DNA from: an uncultured Syntrophobacterales bacterium | GTDB taxonomy: Bacteria; Desulfobacterota; BSN033; WVXP01; G020346125 | Assembly (NCBI GenBank): GCA_964346945.1 | Contig: CAYFXL010000001.1 | Location: forward strand, 626 to 64,625 | Direction of reading: 5' to 3' | DNA length: 64,000 bases | Shown: in pieces, positions 33,008-42,575 of the stretch | Layout of the letters: the number at the start of each line of letters is the position of its first letter | Numbering within the stretch: the first letter of the stretch is position 1 | The notes under the pieces: generated by a model | Seen by the model: only the letters and a program-made list of their open reading frames with translations | Told to the model about the DNA's origin: nothing | Databases searched by the model: none | Position numbers and translations under genes: made by a program

Positions 33008-34162
33008 ATGATCCAATTCGATGAGAACAAGAACGTGGCGGCTAAAGTAAAAGCCATCGGTATTGGGGGAGGAGGGTGTAATGCCATCAATACCATGATC
33101 TCCTCCAGACTTACGGCAGTGCAATTTATCGCGGCCAATACCGACGCCCAAGCCTTAGCGGCCAACAAGGCCCCCATTAAGCTCCAGCTGGGAGCTAAGA
33201 TCACTAAGGGATTGGGTGCTGGCGCCAACCCCGAAATCGGGAGAAAGGCAGCGCTGGAGGACATTGACATGATCAGGGATTCCCTGAGGGGGGCGGATAT
33301 GGTCTTCATCACTGCAGGCCTTGGTGGTGGTACCGGAACGGGAGGTGCTCCGATCATTGCAGAGGTGGCGAAGGAAATGGGCGCCCTTACCGTGGCTATT
33401 GTGACCAAACCCTTCCTCTTCGAAGGCAAGAAACGAATGAAGCAGGCGGAGGAAGGAGTCATCAACCTGCGGATGACCGCCGATACCTTGATCACCATCC
33501 CCAACCAAAGACTGTTGGCAATCAGCGGAAAGAGCATGTCCTTGCTGGAGGCCTTCAAAAAGGCCGATGACGTGCTGCTCCATGCAGCCAAAGGCATATC
33601 CGACCTGATCGCATTCCACGGCCTCATCAACCTCGATTTTGCAGATGTGAGGACGATCATGTCGGAGATGGGAATGGCCTTGATGGGAACAGGCATCGCA
33701 TCGGGTGATAATAGAGCAGTAGATGCAGCGCAGAAGGCCATTTCCAGCCCACTCTTGGAGGACATCTCCATCGAAGGAGCAAAAGGGCTTCTCATCAATG
33801 TCACTGGGGATTGCTCCATGACCCTCAGCGAGGTCAACGAGGCATCGGTGCTGATACAGAAGGAGGCCCATGAAGAGGCCAATATCATATTTGGGGCCGT
33901 CATCGACGACAAAATGGGAGAGGAGATACGGGTGACCGTAATCGCCACCGGTTTTGGCAGGATGGAGGAACGAATGCTTCCTCACCTGAAAAAGGTGTCT
34001 CCCATCTCCTTCTCGCTCAGGGACAACCTCGAAGTCCCCACTTATTTGAGGAGGGAAAGGGGAAAGTCCCAAGAGGTTAAACCCGAGGGAAATGAAGAAC
34101 TCCCCTCATATGACGACGAACAATATGACATTCCGACCTTCTTGAGAAAGCAGGCGGACTAA
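33008..34162 (+). CDS. ftsZ: Cell division GTPase FtsZ
   Basis: Tubulin signature GGGTGTGGAPIIAEVAKE; NTDAQAL; C-terminal DIPTFLRKQ peptide. Confidence 0.98.
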   Translation: MIQFDENKNVAAKVKAIGIGGGGCNAINTMISSRLTAVQFIAANTDAQALAANKAPIKLQLGAKITKGLGAGANPEIGRKAALEDIDMIRDSLRGADMVFITAGLGGGTGTGGAPIIAEVAKEMGALTVAIVTKPFLFEGKKRMKQAEEGVINLRMTADTLITIPNQRLLAISGKSMSLLEAFKKADDVLLHAAKGISDLIAFHGLINLDFADVRTIMSEMGMALMGTGIASGDNRAVDAAQKAISSPLLEDISIEGAKGLLINVTGDCSMTLSEVNEASVLIQKEAHEEANIIFGAVIDDKMGEEIRVTVIATGFGRMEERMLPHLKKVSPISFSLRDNLEVPTYLRRERGKSQEVKPEGNEELPSYDDEQYDIPTFLRKQAD

Positions 34163-34238
34163 CCCATTGTTTCCAATGGGGGAGGGAGCCTGTGAACCGG
34201 TGCCAGGGCTCAAGGGGGTTCTTCTCCCCAGGGTGACT

Positions 34239-35933
34239 ATGTCTTGGAAACTCATCCAGAGGGCAAAAAAACGGCTCTCAGAGGAAAGAGGAACCATACG
34301 CAAGGAATGGAGTGCGAAGACGACCTTTTGCCTCGCCTTCCCAAATCGCTACTACACCGGAATGTCCAATCTGGGGTTTCAAACCCTCTATCACCAATTA
34401 AACGAATTTCAGGACATCGTCTGCGAGAGGGCCTTTCTCCCTGACAAGGAAGAATTTGCAGAATATAGAAAGACGGAAACGGCCCTCTTCTCCCTGGAAT
34501 CGCAAAGACCACTTTATGATTTCGATATCCTCGCGTTTTCCATTCCCTTTGAAAACGACTATCTCAACATCCTCACCATTTTGGAGATGGGCAAAATCCC
34601 CTTACTAAGGGCGGCCAGAAATGAGTCCCACCCCGTTGTCATCGCAGGGGGTGTTGCCGTTTTCTTGAACCCAGAACCCCTTTCTGATTTCTTCGACTCC
34701 TTTCTCATCGGTGAGGGAGAAGAACTCCTCCCGGAATTCCTGAGATGCTTCGACCAACTCAGATCCGAGGGGAAAACTCGACGAGAGTTCTTGGAGAAAG
34801 CGGCCACCATCGAGGGCGTATACGTCCCCCAATTCTATGAGGTCCAGTATTTCGACGAAGGCACGATTAAACGCTTCACCCCCAAAGGAAACTACCCCAC
34901 GCGAATTAAAAGGAGGTGGGTGCGCGATATCAATCGCATCCACACCATTTCTACCCTATTCACCCCCGATACCGAGTTCAATGATATGGCTCTGGTTGAG
35001 GTAAATCGGGGTTGCCCTCGGGGATGTCGTTTCTGTGCGGGCTGTTTCACATACCGTCCCTTCCGCAATAGAACGCTGGAAGTTCTGAAGAAGAACGTCC
35101 AGGAGGGGTTAACGCGTGAAAAGCGCATCGGGTTGATGGGTTCAGCGGTTTCGGACCATCCCCACTTAAGGGAGATATGCCAATCGATCCTCGATTCAAA
35201 GGGTACCATCTCCATTGCCTCCCTTAGGGCAGATTCCATTTCCGAAGATCTCATTACGTATCTCAAGGCCAGCGGTCATAAAACCATCTCCCTAGCCCCA
35301 GAGGCAGGCTCGGAGAGGCTTCGGCGAGTGATTAAGAAGGGAGTAGAGGAAACGGACTTGCTCCGTGTTGTGGAGACTATCGTAAAGGCCGGTATTCCCA
35401 ATATTCGTCTCTATTTTATCATAGGCCTCCCCACGGAAACGGACCAGGACATCGATGAAATCGTCAGGCTCACCAAGCGAATAAAACATATCTTCTTGCG
35501 GGTCGGCCGCGATCAGAAACGGGTTGGGCGGATAACGCTCAGCATCACCCCCTTCATCCCAAAACCCTCAACCCCTTTCCAATGGGCACCTTACGAGGAG
35601 ACGAACTCGTTGAAGCGGAAGCTAAAGCTCATTAAGAATGAACTCCGCGGGGAAGGAAACGTCCAGGTGATACATGACCTCCCCAAGTGGGGATATGTCC
35701 AGACCCTTCTATCTCGAGGAGACAGAAGGGTGGGAAAGATCCTGTTGGCTGCACATAACAATGGCGGCAACTGGCGGAAAGCTTTTAAGGGAATAAACCT
35801 CAATCCCGACTTCTACGTTTACCGCGAGGGGGATTTGGATGAAATCTTACCCTGGGACTTTATCGACCATGGGGTAAGCAAGGATTACCTGTGGGGAGAA
35901 TATCTTGAGGCCTTGACCCAGGGCAAGGAGTAA
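34239..35933 (+). CDS. Radical SAM protein with N-terminal B12-binding-like domain (resembles the uncharacterised TIGR03960-type family)
   Basis: N-terminal FCLAFPNRYYTGMSNLGFQTLYHQLN; radical SAM cluster VEVNRGCPRGCRFCAGCF (CxxxCxxC). The ATG at 34239 is preferred over the track start at 34167. Confidence 0.75.
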   Translation: MSWKLIQRAKKRLSEERGTIRKEWSAKTTFCLAFPNRYYTGMSNLGFQTLYHQLNEFQDIVCERAFLPDKEEFAEYRKTETALFSLESQRPLYDFDILAFSIPFENDYLNILTILEMGKIPLLRAARNESHPVVIAGGVAVFLNPEPLSDFFDSFLIGEGEELLPEFLRCFDQLRSEGKTRREFLEKAATIEGVYVPQFYEVQYFDEGTIKRFTPKGNYPTRIKRRWVRDINRIHTISTLFTPDTEFNDMALVEVNRGCPRGCRFCAGCFTYRPFRNRTLEVLKKNVQEGLTREKRIGLMGSAVSDHPHLREICQSILDSKGTISIASLRADSISEDLITYLKASGHKTISLAPEAGSERLRRVIKKGVEETDLLRVVETIVKAGIPNIRLYFIIGLPTETDQDIDEIVRLTKRIKHIFLRVGRDQKRVGRITLSITPFIPKPSTPFQWAPYEETNSLKRKLKLIKNELRGEGNVQVIHDLPKWGYVQTLLSRGDRRVGKILLAAHNNGGNWRKAFKGINLNPDFYVYREGDLDEILPWDFIDHGVSKDYLWGEYLEALTQGKE

Positions 35934-36016
35934 AAAAATATTTCACGAGGGAAATCAAGAAACTCCGAAAAATATTCTATTGAAAAATCCGCCTGGCGAA
36001 GGATAACATATCGATA

Positions 36017-36319
36017 ATGGAAGAGAATCGTCTACTGCAAGAGTTGGAGGAAATTGCGGAGAAGCTCTCCATTTCCGTCCAGTACGACGATTTGATGGGA
36101 ATGGATTTCAGGGTTAGGGGTGGGCTGTGTAGGCTCAGGGGAATGAATGTAATCATCATGGACAGGAGAGCGTCCCCAAGGGAGAGGATAGATCTCTTGG
36201 CCGGGGCGCTTCGCCAGTTCGATCTCTCTTCCATGTTCATAAAGCCATATATTCGTCTCATCATAGGACGTGCTTCACGGAGCGACGACAAAGCAATTCC
36301 TGACGAAGGGACCTCATAG
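36017..36319 (+). CDS. Hypothetical protein (100 aa)
   Basis: ATG with AAGGA upstream and balanced composition. The overlapping minus-strand ORF (35977-36330) is Ser-rich, typical of an antisense shadow. Confidence 0.5.
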   Translation: MEENRLLQELEEIAEKLSISVQYDDLMGMDFRVRGGLCRLRGMNVIIMDRRASPRERIDLLAGALRQFDLSSMFIKPYIRLIIGRASRSDDKAIPDEGTS

Positions 36320-36342
36320 AAATCTTTCAAATACGAGGAAAA

Positions 36343-36475
36343 TAAGCTCTGAGTGCGAATCTATTACATAGGCAAATGATAACGGGCACAGTCTAACCGC
36401 ATGACTCCAACACTTCAGAACTGCAACTGCAATGGTTGAGCAGCGAGGAGCGAGGCCTTCAGAGGTCTCTCATAT
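36343..36475 (+). repeat. Dispersed intergenic repeat, copy D (conserved ends, divergent centre)
   Basis: 5' module aagctctgagtgcgaat. 3' module ttgagcagcgaggagcgaggccttcagaggtctctcatat matches the copy B 3' module tttgagcagcgaagagcgagttttttagggatctcatat. Confidence 0.7.
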
Positions 36476-36519
36476 CACTCGGGCCAGCTAACGGGGGAGC
36501 TCTTGGGCAGGGAAGCGCC

Positions 36520-37227
36520 GTGAAAATTGAAAAGATCTCCTTTTCAAGCCATGGGCAGGCGGTAGTAGGGTCGCTTCATCTGCCGGACATTGAAAAGTCT
36601 CCCTGCGTTATTTCCTCCCACGGGCTCTTCAGCAACAAGGATAGCCAAAAGTATGTCTCACTCGGGGATCAACTTTCCCGAAAGGGGATATCCCTCCTCA
36701 GGTTCGACTTCAGGGGCTGCGGTGAAAGTGAGGGAAAAATCTCGGAGAGCACCGTATCGGACCGGTTAGAGGATTTGACCATGGCCATTGGCTTCATACG
36801 ATCGCACCCCCGGATCGGCCCCCGAACTGGCCTCATGGGAAGCAGCTTAGGCGGCTACATCGCCCTGATCAAGGCCGCGGGGGAGGAAGATATTCGGGCA
36901 GTGGTGACATGGGCAACTCCATGTACCCTTTTTGGCCTTGCGGAGAAGAGGGGAAAGGGAGAAATGGTCTCCCTGGGGAACCAATTCTTCCGCGACATAG
37001 AAGTTCACGACCTCACCTCTGCCCTGGGGAAGGTGGTTAACTGCCTGGTGATTCATGGGGATCGCGACGAACTGGTTCCCGCAGAGCAAGCCCGTACTAT
37101 ATATGAACAGCTCAATGAGCCAAAAAATATGGAGATCATCGAAGGTGGTGATCACAGGCTGACCAATCCGGATCATCGGGAACACGCCATTCGAATGACG
37201 GCCGAGTGGTTTGCGAGATACCTGTGA
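36520..37227 (+). CDS. Alpha/beta hydrolase (dienelactone hydrolase / S9-like)
   Basis: Nucleophile elbow GSSLGG; C-terminal IHGDRDELVP and GGDHRL (Asp/His of the triad). The track start at 36436 (TTG) lies inside repeat copy D, so the GTG at 36520 (VKIEKISF) is preferred. Confidence 0.8.
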   Translation: MKIEKISFSSHGQAVVGSLHLPDIEKSPCVISSHGLFSNKDSQKYVSLGDQLSRKGISLLRFDFRGCGESEGKISESTVSDRLEDLTMAIGFIRSHPRIGPRTGLMGSSLGGYIALIKAAGEEDIRAVVTWATPCTLFGLAEKRGKGEMVSLGNQFFRDIEVHDLTSALGKVVNCLVIHGDRDELVPAEQARTIYEQLNEPKNMEIIEGGDHRLTNPDHREHAIRMTAEWFARYL

Positions 37228-37251
37228 GCGGCCCTTCAGGAGGAAGCAATC

Positions 37252-37548
37252 ATGCTGGTATGCCACCGATGTGGAAAGGAGCTCAATGGGGCTGAAAAGG
37301 TGGAGAGAAGTGCTACATGTCCCCACTGCGGGAGCTACCTTCATTGCTGTCTCAACTGTTCCTTTTATGACCCCCATGCCCATAATCAATGCCGAGAGTC
37401 CCAGAGCGAATACGTCTCAGATCGGGAAAAGGCCAACTTCTGCGACTTCTTTACCTTCTCCAAGGAACCGAAGCCCAATGGAAAGAAGGAAAAAGAAATT
37501 GCCAAGGCGAGGAAAGCCTGGGAGGAATTGTTTAAAAAGGAACGTTGA
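37252..37548 (+). CDS. Cys-rich zinc-ribbon-like small protein (98 aa)
   Basis: CHRC..(15)..CPHC..CCLNC..C..C pattern. AGGAGGA lies 7 nt upstream of the ATG. Lys/Glu-rich tail. Confidence 0.6.
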   Translation: MLVCHRCGKELNGAEKVERSATCPHCGSYLHCCLNCSFYDPHAHNQCRESQSEYVSDREKANFCDFFTFSKEPKPNGKKEKEIAKARKAWEELFKKER

Positions 37549-37883
37549 CCCTCTGCCTATAGCTACACTCCATTTTTCCATCCGTTTCCACCCCTCGTGC
37601 CGAAGCATCCAAATGTTTTCTGGTGTTTTCCTACTGTCATAGTGAGTATTCTTGAAATCTGTTGATTACATGTGAAACTATACTTTGCGGATACGAATAC
37701 CCCGTTCCTCCGCTTCGGTACTGCTGACCCTTTCGGGGATCGGGGGCGGCCAGCACCTCTTCTTTCCAGTTTCAAAAGGATTGACCATACCCCCCCTGCT
37801 CATCATCTGCAACGAATTATGCTCTTGGACAGCGGTGTTCCGCATAAACTTCAAGACTGATTCACATTGACTACAGCCCCTGT

Positions 37884-40800
37884 TTGCGTTATCCTTACAT
37901 TCAGCCCCGGGGGTTTGAATTGTCTGCAATTAGGCGAGGATTTTTGCATCCACGGGAGGAAGATTTTCCCCTTTCACCCTTGATCCGCTGGGCGAAAGAA
38001 GGGTCTCAGGAAGCCCACGTAGTAGGTTTAAGAGGGTCTTCCAAGGCCCTTATCCTTTCGCTTTTCGCGCTGGAGTCTGGGCTTCCCCTATTGGTCATTA
38101 CCCCTAGATCCATGGACGCTGAGATCTTTTCCGAGGCTATGCGTTTCTTCACAAAGCCGAATAAGGAGATCCTTGTTTTCCCCTCCTGGGAGACGATTCC
38201 CTACGATGAGATACCCCCCCACCAAGATATCGTGGACCAGAGAGTGAGGACCCTTTCTCAGGCGGGGATTCAAAATGGGACCGTAATCGTCACACCCGTC
38301 CAGGCCCTCATGCAAAGGGCCATGACTCCCCATACCCTCGAGCAATTGAGCATCGCCTTGAAGGTAGGTGATGAGATCGACAGGGAGGAATTCATTGAGC
38401 GGTTAATCCAAGGAGGATATACTCGGGTTCAGTTGGTTGAGGAAAAGGGTGATTTCAGCGTCCGAGGCGGAATTATCGACCTTTCCCCACCCTCATATCG
38501 GGATCCCGTGAGGATCGAGTTCCTCGGAGATCGCATCGAGTCAATAAGGGCCTTTGATGCGGAGACCCAAAGATCACACCAGCATTATGAGAACGTCTCG
38601 GTCCTCCCAGCTAAGGAATTAATGGAGGGCTCCGATGAGCAAGCCTCTACGTCCCTTTTCGAGTATTTGAATCCCCAGACCATTGTCGCCATCGATGACC
38701 CCTTCGAGGTGGAGAGAGAAGGAGAAGCCTTCTGGCTTCAGATCAGTGAGAGGTTCGAACGAGCCGTCGCCAAGGGGAAAAGCCCGCCGGTTCCCGATCG
38801 ACGCTACCTTCCCCTGGAAACCCTCAGATCCAACTGGGGAAACTTGAGGAGACTGCTTCTGGGAGAAGTGGGCACCCCTGAATTGGAGGGAATGGGGAGA
38901 GAAATCATTCGGTTCGCGGTCGAATCCAACGGGGATATTAGGGCGGGTTTAAAGCCCCTCGGAAAGAGGGAAACTCTTCTCTCTCCCTTGGTTCAGCGAC
39001 TGAAATCCTGGCGGAGCAGGGGAAACGAAATCATCTTCGTGGCTCACCAATGGGGCCAGGCGGAGCGACTTCAGGAATTGTTGATAGGATATAAACTCAC
39101 CCCGCAACTGAGCTCGCTCTCCTTCTTTCAATGGTGGGAAAGCCGTCTTTCCTCTCGTTTCGCTGACCTCACGCCCAGGACGGGAGAAGCCGACTTTATC
39201 ATTCTCACCGGAGACCTCTCAACCGGGTTCCGCTTCCCCTCCAGGGGATTGGTAGTCATAACTGAAGAGGAAATTTTCGGCCATCGGAAGAGAATCGCGA
39301 GGGTTCATAGGAGGCAAAGGGATTCTTTCATCACCTCTTTCTCGGAACTCAATGAAAATGACTATGTTGTCCATATAGATTATGGGATCGGGATCTATAA
39401 GGGGTTACATCGCCTCGATATTCAGGCGGTAAGTAACGACTACCTCCTGTTGGAATACCTTGGAGGCGATAAACTCTATGTGCCCGTGGACCGGATCAAC
39501 CTCATCCAGAAATATGTCGGCTTTGAGGGCAGCGGTCCCCGACAGGATCGGCTGGGTGGATCGTCATGGAGACGATTGAAACGGAAGGTAGGCAAATCAA
39601 TCGAGGAAATGGCACGGGAGCTCCTCAGTCTTTATGCGGCCAGGCGGGTGTTCGAGGGATTTGCCTTCTCTCCGGGGGATGGCTATTTTAAGGAATTTGA
39701 GGCCGCCTTTCAGTACGAGGAGACCCCTGACCAGTTGGAGGCCGTCAAGGACGTAATGAAGGACATGGAAAAACCCAAACCCATGGACCGCCTGGTTTGT
39801 GGCGATGTAGGATATGGAAAGACGGAGGTGGCCATTAGGGCGGCATTTAAGGCAGTCATGGACGGCAAGCAGGTGGCCGTGTTGGTTCCAACTACGGTCT
39901 TGGCTCAACAACATTACCAAACCTTCTCCGAACGATTCCAACACTACCCCGTTATCATAGATATCCTAAGCCGGTTTAAGAGGAGGAACGAGCAGAGAGA
40001 GACCCTCGGGAAATTGAAGGAGGGGAACATCGACATCATCATCGGAACCCACCGTTTGCTTCAGAGGGACATCGCCTTCAGGGATTTGGGATTGGTAGTC
40101 ATCGACGAGGAGCATCGGTTTGGTGTCTCCCATAAAGAGAGGCTCAAACAGTTGAAGAAAACTGTCGATGCACTGACCTTGACGGCTACGCCTATTCCTC
40201 GGACTCTTCACATGTCCTTGACGGGAATAAGGGACCTGAGTGTTATCAATACTCCACCGGAGGACAGGCTCTCTATTGGGACATTCTTGGGCCGTTTTGA
40301 TGAGGACGTTATCCGCCAGGCCATCGTGAGGGAACTCCAACGGAATGGTCAGGTCTTCTTTGTTCACAACCGGGTCCAAAACATATCAGCCATGGCCCGG
40401 TTCCTAAAACGACTGGTTCCCGAAGCCTCTCTGGCCATCGCTCACGGTCAAATGAAGGAGAGGGATCTGGAAAGCGTAATGCTCGCCTTTATGCGGAAGG
40501 AATACAACCTCCTCCTCTGTACCAGTATCATCGAGTCGGGGTTGGACATCCCCACCGCCAATACGATCATTATCAACCACGCCGAAAGGTTTGGCCTTGC
40601 GGAACTCTACCAACTAAGGGGCAGGGTCGGCAGATCCAAATATCAAGCCTATGCCTTCCTCCTGGTTCCCTCTGAAGCTTCCATATCCGGTGATGCCCTA
40701 AAGCGCCTGAGGGCCCTGCAGGAATTGAGCGAGTTGGGTTCAGGGTTCAGGCTTGCCTTCCAGGATCTTGAGATCAGGGGAGCGGGAAATATATTGGGAC

Positions 40801-41390
40801 CTGCCCAATCGGGGCATATTGCAGCGGTGGGATATGAGATGTATACTCATCTTTTCGAGAGAGCGGTAAGGCAGTTGAGTGGGGAGAAAGTCCTTGAGGA
40901 CATCACACCGGAGATGAAACTCCCCTTTGCCACTTTCATCCCCGACGAGTACATCGGCGATCCTCATCAGAGGTTGGTTTTCTATAAACGATTGTCATCG
41001 GCTCGCTCCGAGAAAGAAATCGATGATATGAGGGAGGAGTTAATGGATCGCTATGGACCTATTCCCCCCCCAGCCTTAAACTTGCTGGAGGCGATGAAGC
41101 TCAAACAACTCCTGATCCGTATCAGGGTGAGGAAGCTAAACTTATCCGGGCAAAGAGCGGTGATCACTTTCGACGAGAGCTCAGAGATTTCCCCCCAGGG
41201 GATTGTCAGTCTCGTCCAGGAGAATAGCGATCGATTTCAATTTACCCCCAGCTCCGAACTGATTATTTCCATGGGGAAAGGGGGATGCAAGGAAACCTTC
41301 GGCAAGACCAAAAGCACCTTGCAGGAGTTGATCCAATTTGCTGAGTCAGGGGGGATTCAACCGCCCCCCCCTGCGTTGGAGGAAACGTAA
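37884..41390 (+). CDS. mfd: Transcription-repair coupling factor
   Basis: SF2 helicase motifs GDVGYGKTEVAIRAAF, DEEHRFGV, LTATPIPRTL and QLRGRVGRS; CarD-like DYVVHIDYGIG. The start is uncertain; the TTG at 37944 has GGCGAGGA upstream. Confidence 0.95.
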   Translation: MRYPYIQPRGFELSAIRRGFLHPREEDFPLSPLIRWAKEGSQEAHVVGLRGSSKALILSLFALESGLPLLVITPRSMDAEIFSEAMRFFTKPNKEILVFPSWETIPYDEIPPHQDIVDQRVRTLSQAGIQNGTVIVTPVQALMQRAMTPHTLEQLSIALKVGDEIDREEFIERLIQGGYTRVQLVEEKGDFSVRGGIIDLSPPSYRDPVRIEFLGDRIESIRAFDAETQRSHQHYENVSVLPAKELMEGSDEQASTSLFEYLNPQTIVAIDDPFEVEREGEAFWLQISERFERAVAKGKSPPVPDRRYLPLETLRSNWGNLRRLLLGEVGTPELEGMGREIIRFAVESNGDIRAGLKPLGKRETLLSPLVQRLKSWRSRGNEIIFVAHQWGQAERLQELLIGYKLTPQLSSLSFFQWWESRLSSRFADLTPRTGEADFIILTGDLSTGFRFPSRGLVVITEEEIFGHRKRIARVHRRQRDSFITSFSELNENDYVVHIDYGIGIYKGLHRLDIQAVSNDYLLLEYLGGDKLYVPVDRINLIQKYVGFEGSGPRQDRLGGSSWRRLKRKVGKSIEEMARELLSLYAARRVFEGFAFSPGDGYFKEFEAAFQYEETPDQLEAVKDVMKDMEKPKPMDRLVCGDVGYGKTEVAIRAAFKAVMDGKQVAVLVPTTVLAQQHYQTFSERFQHYPVIIDILSRFKRRNEQRETLGKLKEGNIDIIIGTHRLLQRDIAFRDLGLVVIDEEHRFGVSHKERLKQLKKTVDALTLTATPIPRTLHMSLTGIRDLSVINTPPEDRLSIGTFLGRFDEDVIRQAIVRELQRNGQVFFVHNRVQNISAMARFLKRLVPEASLAIAHGQMKERDLESVMLAFMRKEYNLLLCTSIIESGLDIPTANTIIINHAERFGLAELYQLRGRVGRSKYQAYAFLLVPSEASISGDALKRLRALQELSELGSGFRLAFQDLEIRGAGNILGPAQSGHIAAVGYEMYTHLFERAVRQLSGEKVLEDITPEMKLPFATFIPDEYIGDPHQRLVFYKRLSSARSEKEIDDMREELMDRYGPIPPPALNLLEAMKLKQLLIRIRVRKLNLSGQRAVITFDESSEISPQGIVSLVQENSDRFQFTPSSELIISMGKGGCKETFGKTKSTLQELIQFAESGGIQPPPPALEET

Positions 41391-41618
41391 GAATGTATGC
41401 ACGCTCGCCGAGTCATAAGTTTTCCTTCGATGACGCCGGCGGGAATTTTCGGAAATATGAGGAAAATCCACAACGGCCCAGAAGAGTAAAATGGGCGGGA
41501 TTAAACGAGAGGATCATCATCAATGAATCGATCCATGAGAAGAACGGGCTCGGAGCTCCCCCCAAGGGGAATCAACCCCTGGGGGGTTAATGAAGGGACG
41601 CCTCCGAAGAGGAATGGA

Positions 41619-42572
41619 ATGCGCAGTTGGCCCAGGTGCGGGCCAATTATTTGGGTTGGCCTATTGATAGCCTTCCACACTATGGGATGCCAGAAGGAGG
41701 ATGTGAAACTTTCCCAGGATATTCTGGCCCAGGTGAATCAGGAATTGATCACCTTGGAGGAATTCAATAACGAATTGCGGGACATTAAACTAGAACATGG
41801 AAAACTGCCGGAGGATGCAGAATCCCTGGACCAGTTGAAAACCACCTTTCTCGAACAAATTATCAACAGAAAGCTCATCCTCGGAGAAGCTCGGCGAATG
41901 AATATCAATGTATCCGAGGAGGAGATCAATAAGAATATTCTCGCCTTAAAAAGGGATTATGCCGGAGAAAGCTTTAAGGCCATGCTTGAGGGCCGCGGAA
42001 TGAGTTTCGAGGAATGGAAACGACGGTTAAAGGAAAGACTTCTCGCCGAGAAGGTGATCAATACTGTTGCCCAATTCGATGGTACCATCGATGATAAATC
42101 AGTGAGGCAGTACTATGAGGAACACATAGAGCAATATTCCTTTCCCGAACAGGTGAGGGCAAGGCAGATCGTGGTTGCCACGGTGGAGGAGGCCAAAGAG
42201 ATCTTAAGGAGGTTGAGGAAAGGGGAGGATTTTGGAAAACTGGCCAAGGAAAAATCGATGATGCCCGAGAGGATATACGGCGGTGATCTAGGGTTCTTCG
42301 CACGCGGTGAGATGCCGGAAGCCTTTGATGAGGTATTTTCCCTGAAGGTAGGAGCGCGCAGCAAAATCGTCAAGAGCCCCTATGGGTATCATGTCTTCAA
42401 GGTGGAGGAGAAAGTCGAGGGTAAGGTTCGGGAATTTGACGAAGTGAAGGATGAGATCGCCCATCAAATTCGAAAGAAGAAGAGCGACCAAATTTACTAT
42501 AAGTGGCTTTCAGAGTTGAGGGCAAAGGCCAAGATTAAGATCAATAAGCAGTTGTTGGAATATACCCGCTGA
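41619..42572 (+). CDS. Peptidyl-prolyl cis-trans isomerase, PpiC/parvulin type with SurA-like N-domain (probable lipoprotein)
   Basis: Signal/lipobox-like LLIAFHTMGC. Parvulin core ARQIVVAT..GGDLGFFARGEMPEAFDEVFSLKVG..SPYGYHVFKV. The ATG at 41619 is preferred over the track start at 41523. Confidence 0.8.
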   Translation: MRSWPRCGPIIWVGLLIAFHTMGCQKEDVKLSQDILAQVNQELITLEEFNNELRDIKLEHGKLPEDAESLDQLKTTFLEQIINRKLILGEARRMNINVSEEEINKNILALKRDYAGESFKAMLEGRGMSFEEWKRRLKERLLAEKVINTVAQFDGTIDDKSVRQYYEEHIEQYSFPEQVRARQIVVATVEEAKEILRRLRKGEDFGKLAKEKSMMPERIYGGDLGFFARGEMPEAFDEVFSLKVGARSKIVKSPYGYHVFKVEEKVEGKVREFDEVKDEIAHQIRKKKSDQIYYKWLSELRAKAKIKINKQLLEYTR

Positions 42573-42575
42573 CCC

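Noticed and set aside
32977-34072. Very long minus-strand ORFs (323 aa and 305 aa) antisense to ftsZ. Similar cases are 21403-22068, 17901-18560, 44414-45121, 48551-49201, 52311-52934, 11787-12401, 12466-13026 and 32513-33151.
   Set aside because: Each lies entirely inside a confidently identified sense gene with strong family motifs. Their translations are Ser/Arg/Pro/Gly-rich, low-complexity sequences without SD sequences. These are typical shadow ORFs produced by codon bias, not evidence for overlapping genes.
41393-41590. 65-aa ORF after mfd, and the long version (41523) of the PPIase ORF.
   Set aside because: There is no SD. The reading frame runs through a very stable G/C hairpin. The signal peptide and lipobox begin only after the ATG at 41619.
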